Assembly: GCA_018698135.1 (NCBI GenBank)
Contig: JABINZ010000192.1
Location: 3,237-67,236, forward strand
Source of the DNA: Bacteroidota bacterium
GTDB lineage: Bacteria > Bacteroidota > Bacteroidia > CAILMK01 > JAAYUY01
Length of the DNA stretch: 64,000 bases
Direction: 5' to 3'
This document shows positions 47,857 to 58,151 of this stretch, in pieces. The notes beneath the pieces were generated by a model, which saw nothing but the letters and a program-made list of their open reading frames with translations, was not told the DNA's origin and did not search any database. Position 1 is the stretch's first letter. Each line of letters starts with the position of its first letter. The translations under genes were made by a program, and so were the position numbers.

Positions 47857-48220
47857 CGTTTTGTCCTTTTACTGATTAACGGAAAATCCTGTTTGTTCTT
47901 ATACGTATGAACTTGTTTATTTGTTACAGTATAAATTCATCTTAATAAATTCAATATCCAGGCCAGCTGATTATTCCATTTAGTAGTTTTACGATTTCTA
48001 TGAGAAAATAGGTTGTTTGATTTAGGAAAGATGTAAATCCAAGTCTGCAAAGACTCAGAAAGAAATAATACTCAGAAAGACAAAATAACTACAGTGACGA
48101 GAAACCAGAAACGAGATACAAGAAACCAGAGACGAGAAACCAGTCACAATCCTAAAAACTAACACCAATATTTCCTATATTTGCAGGCTCATATGAACAA
48201 GGAATAATACATATTAAAAC

Positions 48221-49549
48221 ATGTTTGAGAACTTAACAGAACGGCTAGAAGGAGCTTTTAAAACGCTTAAAGGAAAGGGTCGTATAACAGAGATTAATGT
48301 TGCACAATCTTTAAAGGATGTCAGACGGGCACTCATTGATGCTGACGTTAACTATAAAATTGCGAAAGAATTTACCGATGAAGTGAAAATTCAGGCAATT
48401 GGTGCAAATGTTATCAACGCTGTTTCTCCCGGACAATTAATGATAAAAATTGTTCATGACGAGTTGGTAAAACTTATGGGTGTCAACAAAAAAGACATCA
48501 ATACCAAAGGCAATCCAGCAGTCATCTTGCTTTCAGGTTTACAAGGATCTGGTAAAACCACTTTTGCAGGAAAACTTGCAGGTCACATCGCAAAACAAGG
48601 AAAGCAACCCTTGTTGGTAGCAGGTGACGTATACCGTCCTGCTGCAATTCAACAAATTAAAGTACTTGGTGAACAAATTAACGTTCCAGTTTATAGTGAT
48701 GAAAATATAAAAGATCCTGTTAAAATTGCCCAAGATGCTATAAAACATGCTAAATCTAATAACAACAATGTTGTTATAATCGATACGGCAGGTCGCTTAT
48801 CAGTTGATGAGGCCATGATGAATGAAATTTCCAACATCAAAAAAGCAGTAAATCCAGGGGAAATACTATTTGTTGTTGATGCAATGACAGGACAAGATGC
48901 TGTGAACACAGCAAAAGCATTTAACGACACTTTGAATTTTGATGGAGTTGTGCTGACCAAACTTGATGGTGATACAAGAGGTGGAGCAGCTATTTCAATT
49001 TTAAAAGTTGTTGAAAAACCAATCAAATTTATTAGTATTGGTGAAAAATTGGATGCCATCGATATCTTTTATCCTGATCGTATGGCCAGTCGTATTCTGG
49101 GTATGGGAGACATTGTTTCTTTCGTAGAAAAAGCACAGGATGTATTTGATGAACAAGAATCCAAGAAACTTCAAAAAAAGCTCCGACAGAGCCAATTTGA
49201 TTTTGAAGATTTACTGAATCAATTACGACAGATCAAAAAAATGGGAAACATCAAAGATTTGATGGGCATGATTCCGGGCATGAATAAAGCAATGAAAGAT
49301 CAAGAATTGGATGATGACTCTTTCAAACATGTTGAAGCAATCATTTTTTCCATGACACCAGCAGAAAGAAAGCATCCTGAATTGCTTAATGGACTCAAAA
49401 GGAAACGAATTGCAGGAGGTAGTGGAACCAGTATTCAGCAAGTTAATCAGTTGGTAAAACAATTGGAAGACATGCGAAAGATTATGAAAAAAATGAACAA
49501 ACCGGGATTTAAAGGAAAAATGGCTGCGCAAATGCCATTTAAACGATAA
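48221..49549 (+). CDS. ffh: Signal recognition particle protein Ffh
   Basis: 442 aa; N-domain, G-domain (GLQGSGKTT, DTAGR, TKLDGD) and Met-rich M-domain. Confidence 0.95.
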   Translation: MFENLTERLEGAFKTLKGKGRITEINVAQSLKDVRRALIDADVNYKIAKEFTDEVKIQAIGANVINAVSPGQLMIKIVHDELVKLMGVNKKDINTKGNPAVILLSGLQGSGKTTFAGKLAGHIAKQGKQPLLVAGDVYRPAAIQQIKVLGEQINVPVYSDENIKDPVKIAQDAIKHAKSNNNNVVIIDTAGRLSVDEAMMNEISNIKKAVNPGEILFVVDAMTGQDAVNTAKAFNDTLNFDGVVLTKLDGDTRGGAAISILKVVEKPIKFISIGEKLDAIDIFYPDRMASRILGMGDIVSFVEKAQDVFDEQESKKLQKKLRQSQFDFEDLLNQLRQIKKMGNIKDLMGMIPGMNKAMKDQELDDDSFKHVEAIIFSMTPAERKHPELLNGLKRKRIAGGSGTSIQQVNQLVKQLEDMRKIMKKMNKPGFKGKMAAQMPFKR

Positions 49550-49616
49550 TTCCTTGTTTAAACCAAAATAAATCAGATATTTGCACGACTTTTAAAACAT
49601 TCAAATTTTATTTAAA

Positions 49617-50369
49617 ATGGCAGTTAAAATTAGATTGCAACGCAAGGGGAGAAAAAAAGCACCATATTATTATATAGTGGTTGCGGATGCCCGCTCTCCC
49701 AGAGATGGTAAATTCATCGAGAGGATAGGTTCTTATAACCCGATTCCTACTATACCACAAATTGATATTGACACAGACAAAGCAGTAAGCTGGCTAGATT
49801 TAGGAGCAGTTCCTACCAAAACAGTGAAAACACTTTTGTCAACTAAAGGTGTTCTGTTTAAGAAGCATTTATCAAGAGGTATAAAAATGGGTATTCTTAC
49901 TGAAGAAGAAGCTGAAGTAAAATTCAATGAGTTCATTGCTCAGAAAGCAGACCAGTATAGTAAGAAAATTGAAAAATTAGAAGACAAAACAACTAAGAGT
50001 AAGCAGGCAGCTTTAGATCACGAGGCTGAGGTAAATAAAAAACGTGCAGCAGCAATAGCAGCAAAAAGAAAAGCGGAGATTGACGCATTAACTCCGGCAG
50101 AAGAGGTTGAGGAAGAAGTAGAAGCAACTGAAGAAGTTGTTGAAGCTAGTCCTGAAACAGCTACAGAAGAAGTTGCAGCAGAAGTTAAGGAAGAAGTTGT
50201 TGTAGCAGAAGCTCCGAAAGAAGAAGCTCCTGTTGCTGAAGCTAAGGAAGAAGCTGTTGTTGCAGAAGCTCCAAAAGAAGAAGCTCTTGTTGCTGAAGTA
50301 AAAGAAGAGGCTGCTGCTGAAGAAGCCCCAAAAGAAGAAGAGAAAAAAGAAGAGGCCGATAAGAAATAA
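49617..50369 (+). CDS. rpsP: 30S ribosomal protein S16 with long acidic E/A/V-rich C-terminal extension
   Basis: N-terminus [40 protein letters not shown] matches S16; ~140-aa extension of EEA/KEEA repeats. Confidence 0.9.
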   Translation: MAVKIRLQRKGRKKAPYYYIVVADARSPRDGKFIERIGSYNPIPTIPQIDIDTDKAVSWLDLGAVPTKTVKTLLSTKGVLFKKHLSRGIKMGILTEEEAEVKFNEFIAQKADQYSKKIEKLEDKTTKSKQAALDHEAEVNKKRAAAIAAKRKAEIDALTPAEEVEEEVEATEEVVEASPETATEEVAAEVKEEVVVAEAPKEEAPVAEAKEEAVVAEAPKEEALVAEVKEEAAAEEAPKEEEKKEEADKK

Positions 50370-50388
50370 TCCTATTCAATGAGAAAAT

Positions 50389-50898
50389 ATGCTGCAAATT
50401 GAAAATATCTTTCACGCAGGAACGATTACAAAAGCACATGCATTCTCAGGCCAAATTAAAATAGTTTTCTCGAGCATATACAAAGCCGAGAAAGAACCTC
50501 AAGGTACTGTCTTTATTATGATTCATAAAAAGCCAGTACCTTTTTTTATTGAAGAATGCTCACATTTTTCAGCATCTTCAGTTATCTTAAAACTAGAAGA
50601 TATCAACAGCATTGATCAAGCAAAAGAACTCATTGGCCTTGAATTCTTCCTGAACAATACGTTCCAAACAGCATCATCTGACGAAGAATTTCAGATGGCG
50701 TATTTGAAAGGATATTCTGTCTTTGACCAGCATAATAGTAAAATTGGAATTGTTCAGCATATCATTGAAAATCCAGCACATTACATTCTGGAAACAGCAG
50801 ATGGCATTCTAATTCCCTTTCATGAAGACCTTCTCATCGAGTTGAATATTGAGAAAAAGGCTGTTTATCTCCAAATTCCGGAAGGACTTATCGATTAA
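50389..50898 (+). CDS. rimM: Ribosome maturation factor RimM
   Basis: 169 aa immediately downstream of rpsP (conserved ffh-rpsP-rimM synteny); RimM N-terminal beta-barrel plus PRC-barrel pattern. Confidence 0.75.
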   Translation: MLQIENIFHAGTITKAHAFSGQIKIVFSSIYKAEKEPQGTVFIMIHKKPVPFFIEECSHFSASSVILKLEDINSIDQAKELIGLEFFLNNTFQTASSDEEFQMAYLKGYSVFDQHNSKIGIVQHIIENPAHYILETADGILIPFHEDLLIELNIEKKAVYLQIPEGLID

Positions 50899-50903
50899 AT
50901 TTT

Positions 50904-51863
50904 ATGGAAAATTTTCAAGTTGGTGATCAGGTCGAGTTTATCGATGATAATACTGTTGGAACCGTTGTTTCTATTCTGGACAATAAGCAACTTATCATTT
51001 CCATCGAAGGACTTGAAATTCCTGTATATAAATCACAACTCATAAGAATATCAAAAGGACCAGTAAAAGCAACAAATCTGGCCGAAAAATACAAAGATGA
51101 TTTAACACAGGTTAATAGCTTTACACAAAAATCAGAAGCAACAAATAAAGGATTATTTATTGCACTTTCAACTGGACAAAAACCTGAAACATTTCAATTC
51201 CAATTGATAAACGATACAAAAAATCAAATTTACTTCACTTTTTACAGTCAAATAAACAATGCGAGCAGTGCCCTTTGTCATGGTCATTTAAAAGCTTATT
51301 CCGACACGGCATTAATTACTTACGATCAACTTGGATCCGTTAAATTTCCTACTTATACCATTTGTATTCTCCCATTTAATGAATATGCAACTGAAATTGA
51401 TGAGTCCTTTTCTTATTCCTTTTCACCATCAGGGAAAGAATTAATGAAAAAACAGGAAAAAGCACCTTTGGTTGATTATCATGCATGGTTGTATGAAATT
51501 GAAAAACAAGAAGCTACTAGCACTGCTCCAATTCAAATTATTGAATCTGAGCCAGAAGCAATTATCGATGTTGACAGACCAGATAATATAATTGATTTAC
51601 ACATTGATAAAATTGAACCCAATTTCGACATTTTAGCAAGAGATGAAATTTTTCAAATTCAGTTTAATTATTTCATTAAAGAATTTGAGAAAATGATTGC
51701 CTTCGACTATGAAAACATCATTATCATTCATGGAATCGGGATTAATACCTTAAAAGAAAAAATTAGGAAATACTTGAATGGGAACAAATATGTTCTTCAT
51801 TATAAGGATGCAAACGTTAGAGAATACGGTTATGGAGCTACTGAGATTTTTCTGAAAAATTAG
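50904..51863 (+). CDS. Smr-domain protein (DUF2027 N-terminal region plus C-terminal Smr nuclease-like domain)
   Basis: 319 aa; Smr motifs IDLH and IIIHGIGINTLK near the C-terminus. Confidence 0.65.
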   Translation: MENFQVGDQVEFIDDNTVGTVVSILDNKQLIISIEGLEIPVYKSQLIRISKGPVKATNLAEKYKDDLTQVNSFTQKSEATNKGLFIALSTGQKPETFQFQLINDTKNQIYFTFYSQINNASSALCHGHLKAYSDTALITYDQLGSVKFPTYTICILPFNEYATEIDESFSYSFSPSGKELMKKQEKAPLVDYHAWLYEIEKQEATSTAPIQIIESEPEAIIDVDRPDNIIDLHIDKIEPNFDILARDEIFQIQFNYFIKEFEKMIAFDYENIIIIHGIGINTLKEKIRKYLNGNKYVLHYKDANVREYGYGATEIFLKN

Positions 51864-51962
51864 AAACTTTTCTTTTTTTTGTAACAGAATAACAACCAAA
51901 GTATAATATTTGTTTATTTTGTGGTGTTATTATTCAAATCATTCCCTTTAATGCAAACTATA

Positions 51963-53534
51963 ATGCGAAAAATAATTTTATTGCTAGTCTTTTTTTCCAT
52001 CTTGCTGAACTTATCCGCTCAGCAGAAATACAGGGTTTATTTCAAAGATAAAGCTGGGGTTGAATTCAACCCTGAGGCTTATTTTGATCAAAAAGCAATC
52101 GACAGAAGAATTAAACATGATGTTTCATTGTATGATCCAAGCGACTTCCCGTTAAATCAAAATTATGTAGGCCAGGTTAGGGAAATAGCAGATGCAAGCG
52201 GTTTTGAATCACGTTGGTTTAATTTTGTTTTAGTGGATGTTTCGAATCAAAAACAGTTAGATGACTTAAGAAAACTGGATTGCGTGGCTAAGATGGAGCA
52301 ATCCATAAAAGTCGAAATACTGTATACTGCCGAAACTGAATTCAGTGATGAGTATTACGATGAAGAGCTCATGAAAAACCAAACAGAACGTTTTGGTGGA
52401 AGCTTGTTGAAAGAAAAGGAGTTAGATGGAACAGGGGTTCGGATCGCTATTTTTGATGGTGGATTTCCAGAGGTAAATACACATCCGTCTTTCACTCATA
52501 TCATTAATCAAAACCGACTAGTTGCCACCTGGGATTTTATCAAAAACAAGGAAAATGTTTTTTATGGCAATAATCATGGTCGAATGACTTTTGCTTGTGT
52601 TGGTGGTTTTTGGAAAGAAAACAACATTGGACTGGCTACAGGTGCTGAGTATATGTTAGCTAAAACAGAAATCGGCACAGAACCTTTTGCTGAAGAAGAA
52701 TACTGGATGGCAGCTGCCGAATGGGCTGATAAAAATGGAGCCGATATTATTAATAGTTCCTTGGGTTATGGTCACCATCGCTATTTCACCAATGATATGG
52801 ATGGAAAAACTAGTTTGGTGGTAAAGGCAGCTCATATGGCTGCAAGAAAAGGGATTTTAGTCGTTAATTCAGCAGGAAATGAAGCAACTGACAGCTGGGA
52901 AACAATTATTACTCCAGCTGATGGAGACTCTGTATTGGCAGTTGGAGGAATTGATCCTGATCTCGATTATCACATTTCTTTTAGCTCATATGGACCTACG
53001 GCAGACAAGCGAATGAAACCCAATGTTTCAGCTTTTGGTCATGTGGTTACAGCCGACAAAAAAGGATTAAAAGAAGTAGATGGAACCTCATTCTCATCCC
53101 CCCTAACAGCAGGATTTGCAGCTTGTATATTGCAACACAATCCTGGTTTTACCAATATGGATTTGTTTTATGAGTTGGAGAAATCAGGACACCTCTACCC
53201 ATATTTTGACTATGCGCATGGATATGGCGTTCCACAAGCATCCTATTTTTTAGATGCAGATAAAAAACCAATTCAGCAAACATTTGAATTTATTGAAGAA
53301 GATGATAAATTGATTGTTCGGGCAATTTTAGAAAACTACAACAATAAAAATGCGACAAACAGCAATCATCTTTTGTATTATAACATGGAAGGAGAAGACG
53401 GTATTCTTGAGTCCTATTATGTTGTTGAAGTCTCACAAGAAGTAGTTCTTGAATTTGATCGGACAGAGATGGATGCAACTCCCAAAACGATCAATGTACA
53501 TTTTAGAGGATTCAGCTCTCATTATAAATTTTAA
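51963..53534 (+). CDS. Secreted S8-family (subtilisin-like) serine peptidase; start at signal-peptide Met 'MRKIILLLVFF'
   Basis: Catalytic D (VRIAIFDGG), H (NNHGRMTFAC) and S (DGTSFSSPLTAG) blocks. Confidence 0.85.
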   Translation: MRKIILLLVFFSILLNLSAQQKYRVYFKDKAGVEFNPEAYFDQKAIDRRIKHDVSLYDPSDFPLNQNYVGQVREIADASGFESRWFNFVLVDVSNQKQLDDLRKLDCVAKMEQSIKVEILYTAETEFSDEYYDEELMKNQTERFGGSLLKEKELDGTGVRIAIFDGGFPEVNTHPSFTHIINQNRLVATWDFIKNKENVFYGNNHGRMTFACVGGFWKENNIGLATGAEYMLAKTEIGTEPFAEEEYWMAAAEWADKNGADIINSSLGYGHHRYFTNDMDGKTSLVVKAAHMAARKGILVVNSAGNEATDSWETIITPADGDSVLAVGGIDPDLDYHISFSSYGPTADKRMKPNVSAFGHVVTADKKGLKEVDGTSFSSPLTAGFAACILQHNPGFTNMDLFYELEKSGHLYPYFDYAHGYGVPQASYFLDADKKPIQQTFEFIEEDDKLIVRAILENYNNKNATNSNHLLYYNMEGEDGILESYYVVEVSQEVVLEFDRTEMDATPKTINVHFRGFSSHYKF

Positions 53535-53544
53535 AGATAAAAAA

Positions 53545-54243
53545 ATGCATAAAGTACTTTTTATAAGCATACTGCTCCTAACCTCATTTTGTCTGTCAGC
53601 ACAAGATGTTGTGTTTGAAAATGAAGTTAAAGATTATAGTCAATTAGATGAAAACGGACCTAACCTTAAAAAGTTCAGTCACACCTATGTGACCTATGGC
53701 TTAAATCTAGGAGAAAACATAGCAGGTGCAAAAATTCATTATGGCAGCTCCGGCTTTTATGAATTTGGGTTCCGACACAAACGAAAATTCAGTAAAGTAT
53801 TTTCAGGAGGCTATGGAGTAAGTGGTCGTTTTTCATCGTTTAAGCTGGTTCAGGAAGCGGGAAAGATATTGCCAGATGCTAGCATTAATAAAAAAGAAAC
53901 GCTGAGCTTTTATAGCATTGGTGGCGAATTATATTTCAGAATTAATTTTTCGAAAAAAAGAGGAAATTTAATCGGACTATATATGGATCTGGGAGGACGA
54001 GCAGATTATAATTACCACATGCTACTTCAACGAAAAAATAAGGTTGGCAGCGTCACGTTTAAATCTAACAGTTATGGTTATGATTTCGACATTCCATATA
54101 ATTTTGGCCCCTTGTTTCGTTTTGGTTATAACCAATTTGCTCTTACGGCTAATTATCGTTATTCCGATTTTTTTAAAAGCAGTGCTAACCTTCCCGAATT
54201 ACCAAGATTAATGCTAGGTATAGAAATCAGCACATTTGACTAA
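53545..54243 (+). CDS. Hypothetical outer-membrane/secreted protein (signal peptide; likely beta-barrel)
   Basis: Starts at the internal Met 'MHKVLFISILLLTSFCLSAQD'; alternating beta-strand pattern; ends in an aromatic residue. Confidence 0.45.
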   Translation: MHKVLFISILLLTSFCLSAQDVVFENEVKDYSQLDENGPNLKKFSHTYVTYGLNLGENIAGAKIHYGSSGFYEFGFRHKRKFSKVFSGGYGVSGRFSSFKLVQEAGKILPDASINKKETLSFYSIGGELYFRINFSKKRGNLIGLYMDLGGRADYNYHMLLQRKNKVGSVTFKSNSYGYDFDIPYNFGPLFRFGYNQFALTANYRYSDFFKSSANLPELPRLMLGIEISTFD

Positions 54244-54245
54244 AA

Positions 54246-55163
54246 ATGGGTACGTATAAACATATTGCGCCCATTTGTTTATTTGTTTACGGACGACCAG
54301 AGCATACCCTCAAAACGCTTCGTAGTCTTACCCAAAACTTATTAGCCAAGGATTCAGTTTTATATATTTATGCTGATGGCCCTAAAGATGGTATTGGCGA
54401 AACTGCTCAAAAAAACATAGCAGAAGTCAGGCGAATAATAAGATCAGAAAGTTGGTGTAAAGAGGTTCACATAATTGAATCAGATAAAAATAAAGGACTG
54501 GCAAATTCAATTATTTCAGGTGTAAGCGAAATAATTGAAAAACACGGTCGAGTTATCATTTTAGAAGATGATCTTGTTCTGTCTCCTTATTTTTTAGAAT
54601 ACATGAATGATGCGCTGGATTTTTATGCGGATCATGAGGAAGTTATGCATATAGCAGGATTTACACCTAGTTTCAAAACACAACTGAATGAAACATTCTT
54701 TTTTCCTGTTCCAACATGCTGGGGCTGGGCTACCTGGCAAAGAGCATGGAAAGAGTTCAACCCTTCTGCTGCTGATTTAATGACTAAAGTACTTGAAAAA
54801 GGACAAAATCAATTTGACTTCAATCGGAGTATCAATTATGTCAGAATGCTCAATCGAAATGTACATGCTAAAGTTGATTCGTGGTTCATTCGCTGGTATG
54901 CTTCTATTTATTTGCAGGATGGCTTGTGTCTGCATCCCGGAAAATCTTTAGTGCAAAATATTGGCCTTGATCGCACTGGAGTTAATTCCTACAAATCAAA
55001 TGTATTTGAAACCCAGCTTGCTGAAAAAGTAAACATACAGAAAATACCTTTAGAACTATCGAAGAAAGCTATTAAAGCTTATAAGCGATTCAATTGGAAA
55101 GTGAAAATGCGGCACACACCTGAATATATTTGGCGTGTTTTGACTGGCAATGTGGATACATAA
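54246..55163 (+). CDS. Putative GT-A fold glycosyltransferase
   Basis: 305 aa; N-terminal Rossmann-like beta-alpha-beta (PICLFVYGRP...LYIYADGP), acidic EDD motif (ILEDDLVLSP). Confidence 0.45.
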   Translation: MGTYKHIAPICLFVYGRPEHTLKTLRSLTQNLLAKDSVLYIYADGPKDGIGETAQKNIAEVRRIIRSESWCKEVHIIESDKNKGLANSIISGVSEIIEKHGRVIILEDDLVLSPYFLEYMNDALDFYADHEEVMHIAGFTPSFKTQLNETFFFPVPTCWGWATWQRAWKEFNPSAADLMTKVLEKGQNQFDFNRSINYVRMLNRNVHAKVDSWFIRWYASIYLQDGLCLHPGKSLVQNIGLDRTGVNSYKSNVFETQLAEKVNIQKIPLELSKKAIKAYKRFNWKVKMRHTPEYIWRVLTGNVDT

Positions 55164-55247
55164 GAAGTATAAACTGAGTCAGAAAGAATAGGAGACTTCA
55201 AGATAATTTGAGTAATAATTTCTAAATTTACATCAAGAATCAAATAA

Positions 55248-55496
55248 ATGGGACGACCAACAGTACATTTCGCAGATAATAAAACCAATAACGCTTTAAA
55301 AAAACTCTACAATAAATTAAGTCCTGCTGGAACGCCTGTGCAAAGACTAGAATATTTCATCGAATTAATTTTGTTACGGATTTTCGAAACCAAAGTCAAA
55401 CAAGACAACAACTTCAAACCACTTCGACCATTATTTTCTGCTGATAATAAATGGAAGAATCCAAAAACAGGAGACCGCGAATGGAAAACAATGTAG
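55248..55496 (+). pseudogene. Short N-terminal fragment resembling the start of a restriction-modification methyltransferase/HsdM-like subunit; probable gene remnant
   Basis: 82 aa only; runs into and overlaps the DUF1016 gene in another frame; the resemblance is weak (LEYFIELILLRIFE...). Confidence 0.3.
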
Positions 55497-56536
55497 CAAA
55501 TACGGGCTTATTTTCAGAAATTAAAACTTTAATAGAAAGCAGTAGAAGAAATGTTGCCCTTGTTGTAAATACTGAAATAAGTATGCTATACTGGAGTATT
55601 GGGCAAAAAATAAGTGTTTCTGTTTTACAAAATAAAAGAGGCGAATACGGTAAACAGATTGTCTCTACACTGTCGCGACAATTACACCTCGAATTTGGTA
55701 GTGGATGGAGTGAAAAGCAATTACGGCATTGTCTCCGTTTCTATGAAGTTTATCCTGATATTCAAATTGTCTCTACACTGTGGAGACAATTGAGCTGGTC
55801 ACATTTAAAAGAACTTATTCCAATACATGACTGTATAAAACGGGATTTTTACATTGAAATGTGTAAAATAGAAAAGTGGAGTGTACGTACTTTAAGAGAA
55901 CGTATTAACTCCATGCTATTTGAACGCACGGCCATCAGCAAAAAACCAGATAAAACCATCATTAACGAAATTGAAGAATTAAAAAGCGACCAGAAACTCA
56001 GCCCCGATTTGGTTTTCAAAGACCCATATTTTCTAGATTTTTTGGGTTTGAAAAATACATTCTCTGAAAAAAATCTTGAGTCGGCCATATTAACCGAACT
56101 ACAGGAATTTATTATTGAATTAGGTTCTGACTTTGCCTTTTTAGCCCGTCAAAAGCACATTACTATTGATCATGACGATTATTATATTGATTTACTTTTT
56201 TACCATCGCCAGTTGAAATGCTTGGTCGCCATTGAATTAAAAATTGGTAAATTCAAGGCATCTTACAAAGGGCAAATGGAATTGTATTTACGATGGCTGG
56301 AAAAACATGAGCAAGTACAAGGCGAAAATTCGCCCATTGGATTAATCCTCTGTACAGGGAAAAACGAAGAACATGTAGAGTTATTGCAATTAGACAAAAG
56401 CAATATTCGTGTTGCTGAGTATCTGACCAAACTACCAGCTAAAAAAGTATTGGAAGCCAAATTACATCAGTCAGTTGAAAGAGCAAAAAACAGGTTAACC
56501 CAAAATTCAGATCAGGAATATGGCAAAGAAAATTAA
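55481..56536 (+). CDS. DUF1016/YhcG-family PD-(D/E)xK nuclease-fold protein (start at the internal Met 'MENNVANTGLF')
   Basis: YhcG N-terminal blocks (FSEIKTLIESSRRNVALVVNTEISMLYWSIGQKI), C-terminal PD-(D/E)xK-like region (DLLFYHRQLKCLVAIELKIGKF). Confidence 0.75.
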   Translation: MENNVANTGLFSEIKTLIESSRRNVALVVNTEISMLYWSIGQKISVSVLQNKRGEYGKQIVSTLSRQLHLEFGSGWSEKQLRHCLRFYEVYPDIQIVSTLWRQLSWSHLKELIPIHDCIKRDFYIEMCKIEKWSVRTLRERINSMLFERTAISKKPDKTIINEIEELKSDQKLSPDLVFKDPYFLDFLGLKNTFSEKNLESAILTELQEFIIELGSDFAFLARQKHITIDHDDYYIDLLFYHRQLKCLVAIELKIGKFKASYKGQMELYLRWLEKHEQVQGENSPIGLILCTGKNEEHVELLQLDKSNIRVAEYLTKLPAKKVLEAKLHQSVERAKNRLTQNSDQEYGKEN

Positions 56537-56693
56537 CGAAGCAACATCAACAGACATTCCTGTTATCCAGCGACTCGTAAATGGTTATAGTTGGAAATTG
56601 GGCGACATCTTATTGTATCAAGCTACTTATAGAATAATCGATAATTTAAAAGCTGATTATTCAACTTTAAGTTATTAGAAACAAAAAAAACAC

Positions 56694-57452
56694 GTGACTA
56701 ATCATCCTAAAATATCAATCATCACAGTAACCTACAATGCTGAAAAGCTAATAGAACGAACCATCAATAGTGTTGTGGGGCAAAGCTATTCCAATATTGA
56801 ATACATTCTTGTTGATGGAGCCTCTACCGACCTAACTCTTACTGTCGTAAAAAAGCACGAAAAGAAAATTGCAAAGGTTATTTCTGAACCCGACAAAGGA
56901 TTGTATGATGCCATGAATAAAGGTTTAAGTCTGGCCAGTGGCGATTATGTTTGGTTTTTAAACGCTGGTGATGAAATTAATGATTTGGACACAGTGGAAA
57001 AGATGATTGCTATGGGGCAATCTGATATTTACTATAGCGACACCCTGGTTGTAAATGACGAAGGACAAAATATTGGATTATTGAGTCAGCTTACCCATAA
57101 TAATGCACCCGATAATTTAAGCTGGAAAAATATGAAAAAAGGGATGGTTGTATGCCATCAAAGCTTTGTGGTTAAACGAGATATAGCTCCCTCCTACTCA
57201 AAAAACTATAAACTGAGTGCAGATATCGATTGGGTTATTAGATGCTTGAAAGCATCGAAATCGGTTATCAAATGTGACTTTGTTTTAGCAAAGTTTTTAA
57301 CAGCCGGATTAAGCAAACAGTATTTGGGAAGTAGCATGAAGGAACGTTATTCTATTTTGAAAAGCCACTTTGGTTTTATTCCCAATCTTTGGAGTCATGT
57401 ATTTCTGATGTTGCGATTCCTTAAGTCAGGACGAAAAAACAAACTTCAATAA
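56694..57452 (+). CDS. Glycosyltransferase family 2
   Basis: 252 aa; ISIITVTYNAEK...LVDGASTD...DKGLYDAMNKG...FLNAGD classic GT2 (GT-A) signature. Confidence 0.85.
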   Translation: MTNHPKISIITVTYNAEKLIERTINSVVGQSYSNIEYILVDGASTDLTLTVVKKHEKKIAKVISEPDKGLYDAMNKGLSLASGDYVWFLNAGDEINDLDTVEKMIAMGQSDIYYSDTLVVNDEGQNIGLLSQLTHNNAPDNLSWKNMKKGMVVCHQSFVVKRDIAPSYSKNYKLSADIDWVIRCLKASKSVIKCDFVLAKFLTAGLSKQYLGSSMKERYSILKSHFGFIPNLWSHVFLMLRFLKSGRKNKLQ

Positions 57453-57461
57453 ATCATTCAT

Positions 57462-58142
57462 ATGAAAAAAATCTTATTACTCTCTTGTTTTCTTATTCCT
57501 TCCATTTTATTTGCCCAAGATAAATCGGTAGATGCCCTAACAGTTTGGAACAACTACTTGGAAGCAATTGGTGGTGAAGATCTTAAACAGATTAAAACAT
57601 TTGAATCAATAAATAATTTCGGAGTGAATACTAAGGCCACAATGAAAGTTAAAATAATATACCCTAATAAGCATTACATGAAAATATCGGATCCTGAAGG
57701 TGAGTTTATCTCCATTTACAATGATGGTCAGGGAATTAATATTATTGATGGAAAAGCAACAAAAATGAGCGAATCAGAATTACATTCTTCCAGAATGTCA
57801 TCGTTAATTTTTCCAGAGTATTATGCCGTAGAACAAGGTAATAAAATTATTCTCGAGGAAACTATCGAAGGTGAATCCGAAACAACTTATGTTATTTTAG
57901 TTAGTGATGAATACCGATCGATGAAATACCATATTAGTGGAAAAACCTGGCTTCCTATAAAATCTGAAGATATGGGAAAAGAATTAATTCTAAACACATT
58001 TATTACTGAACAAAACATCACGATGCCTTCAAAATCCACTTTTATTGCTGACAGTTATGAATTTTCTGTTGAATTAGTTAGTTTCAAATTGAATGGAAGA
58101 ATTAAGAAATCATATTTTGATATTTCAAAATATACTAAATAA
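57462..58142 (+). CDS. Hypothetical secreted protein (possibly LolA-like fold)
   Basis: 226 aa; signal peptide MKKILLLSCFLIPSILFAQ; no motif recognised. Confidence 0.4.
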   Translation: MKKILLLSCFLIPSILFAQDKSVDALTVWNNYLEAIGGEDLKQIKTFESINNFGVNTKATMKVKIIYPNKHYMKISDPEGEFISIYNDGQGINIIDGKATKMSESELHSSRMSSLIFPEYYAVEQGNKIILEETIEGESETTYVILVSDEYRSMKYHISGKTWLPIKSEDMGKELILNTFITEQNITMPSKSTFIADSYEFSVELVSFKLNGRIKKSYFDISKYTK

Positions 58143-58151
58143 TATTCTCCA

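Noticed and set aside
55248-55496. Treating the 82-aa ORF as an independent functional gene
   Set aside because: Too short for the R-M subunit it weakly resembles and it runs into the DUF1016 gene; better explained as a remnant (kept as low-confidence pseudogene).
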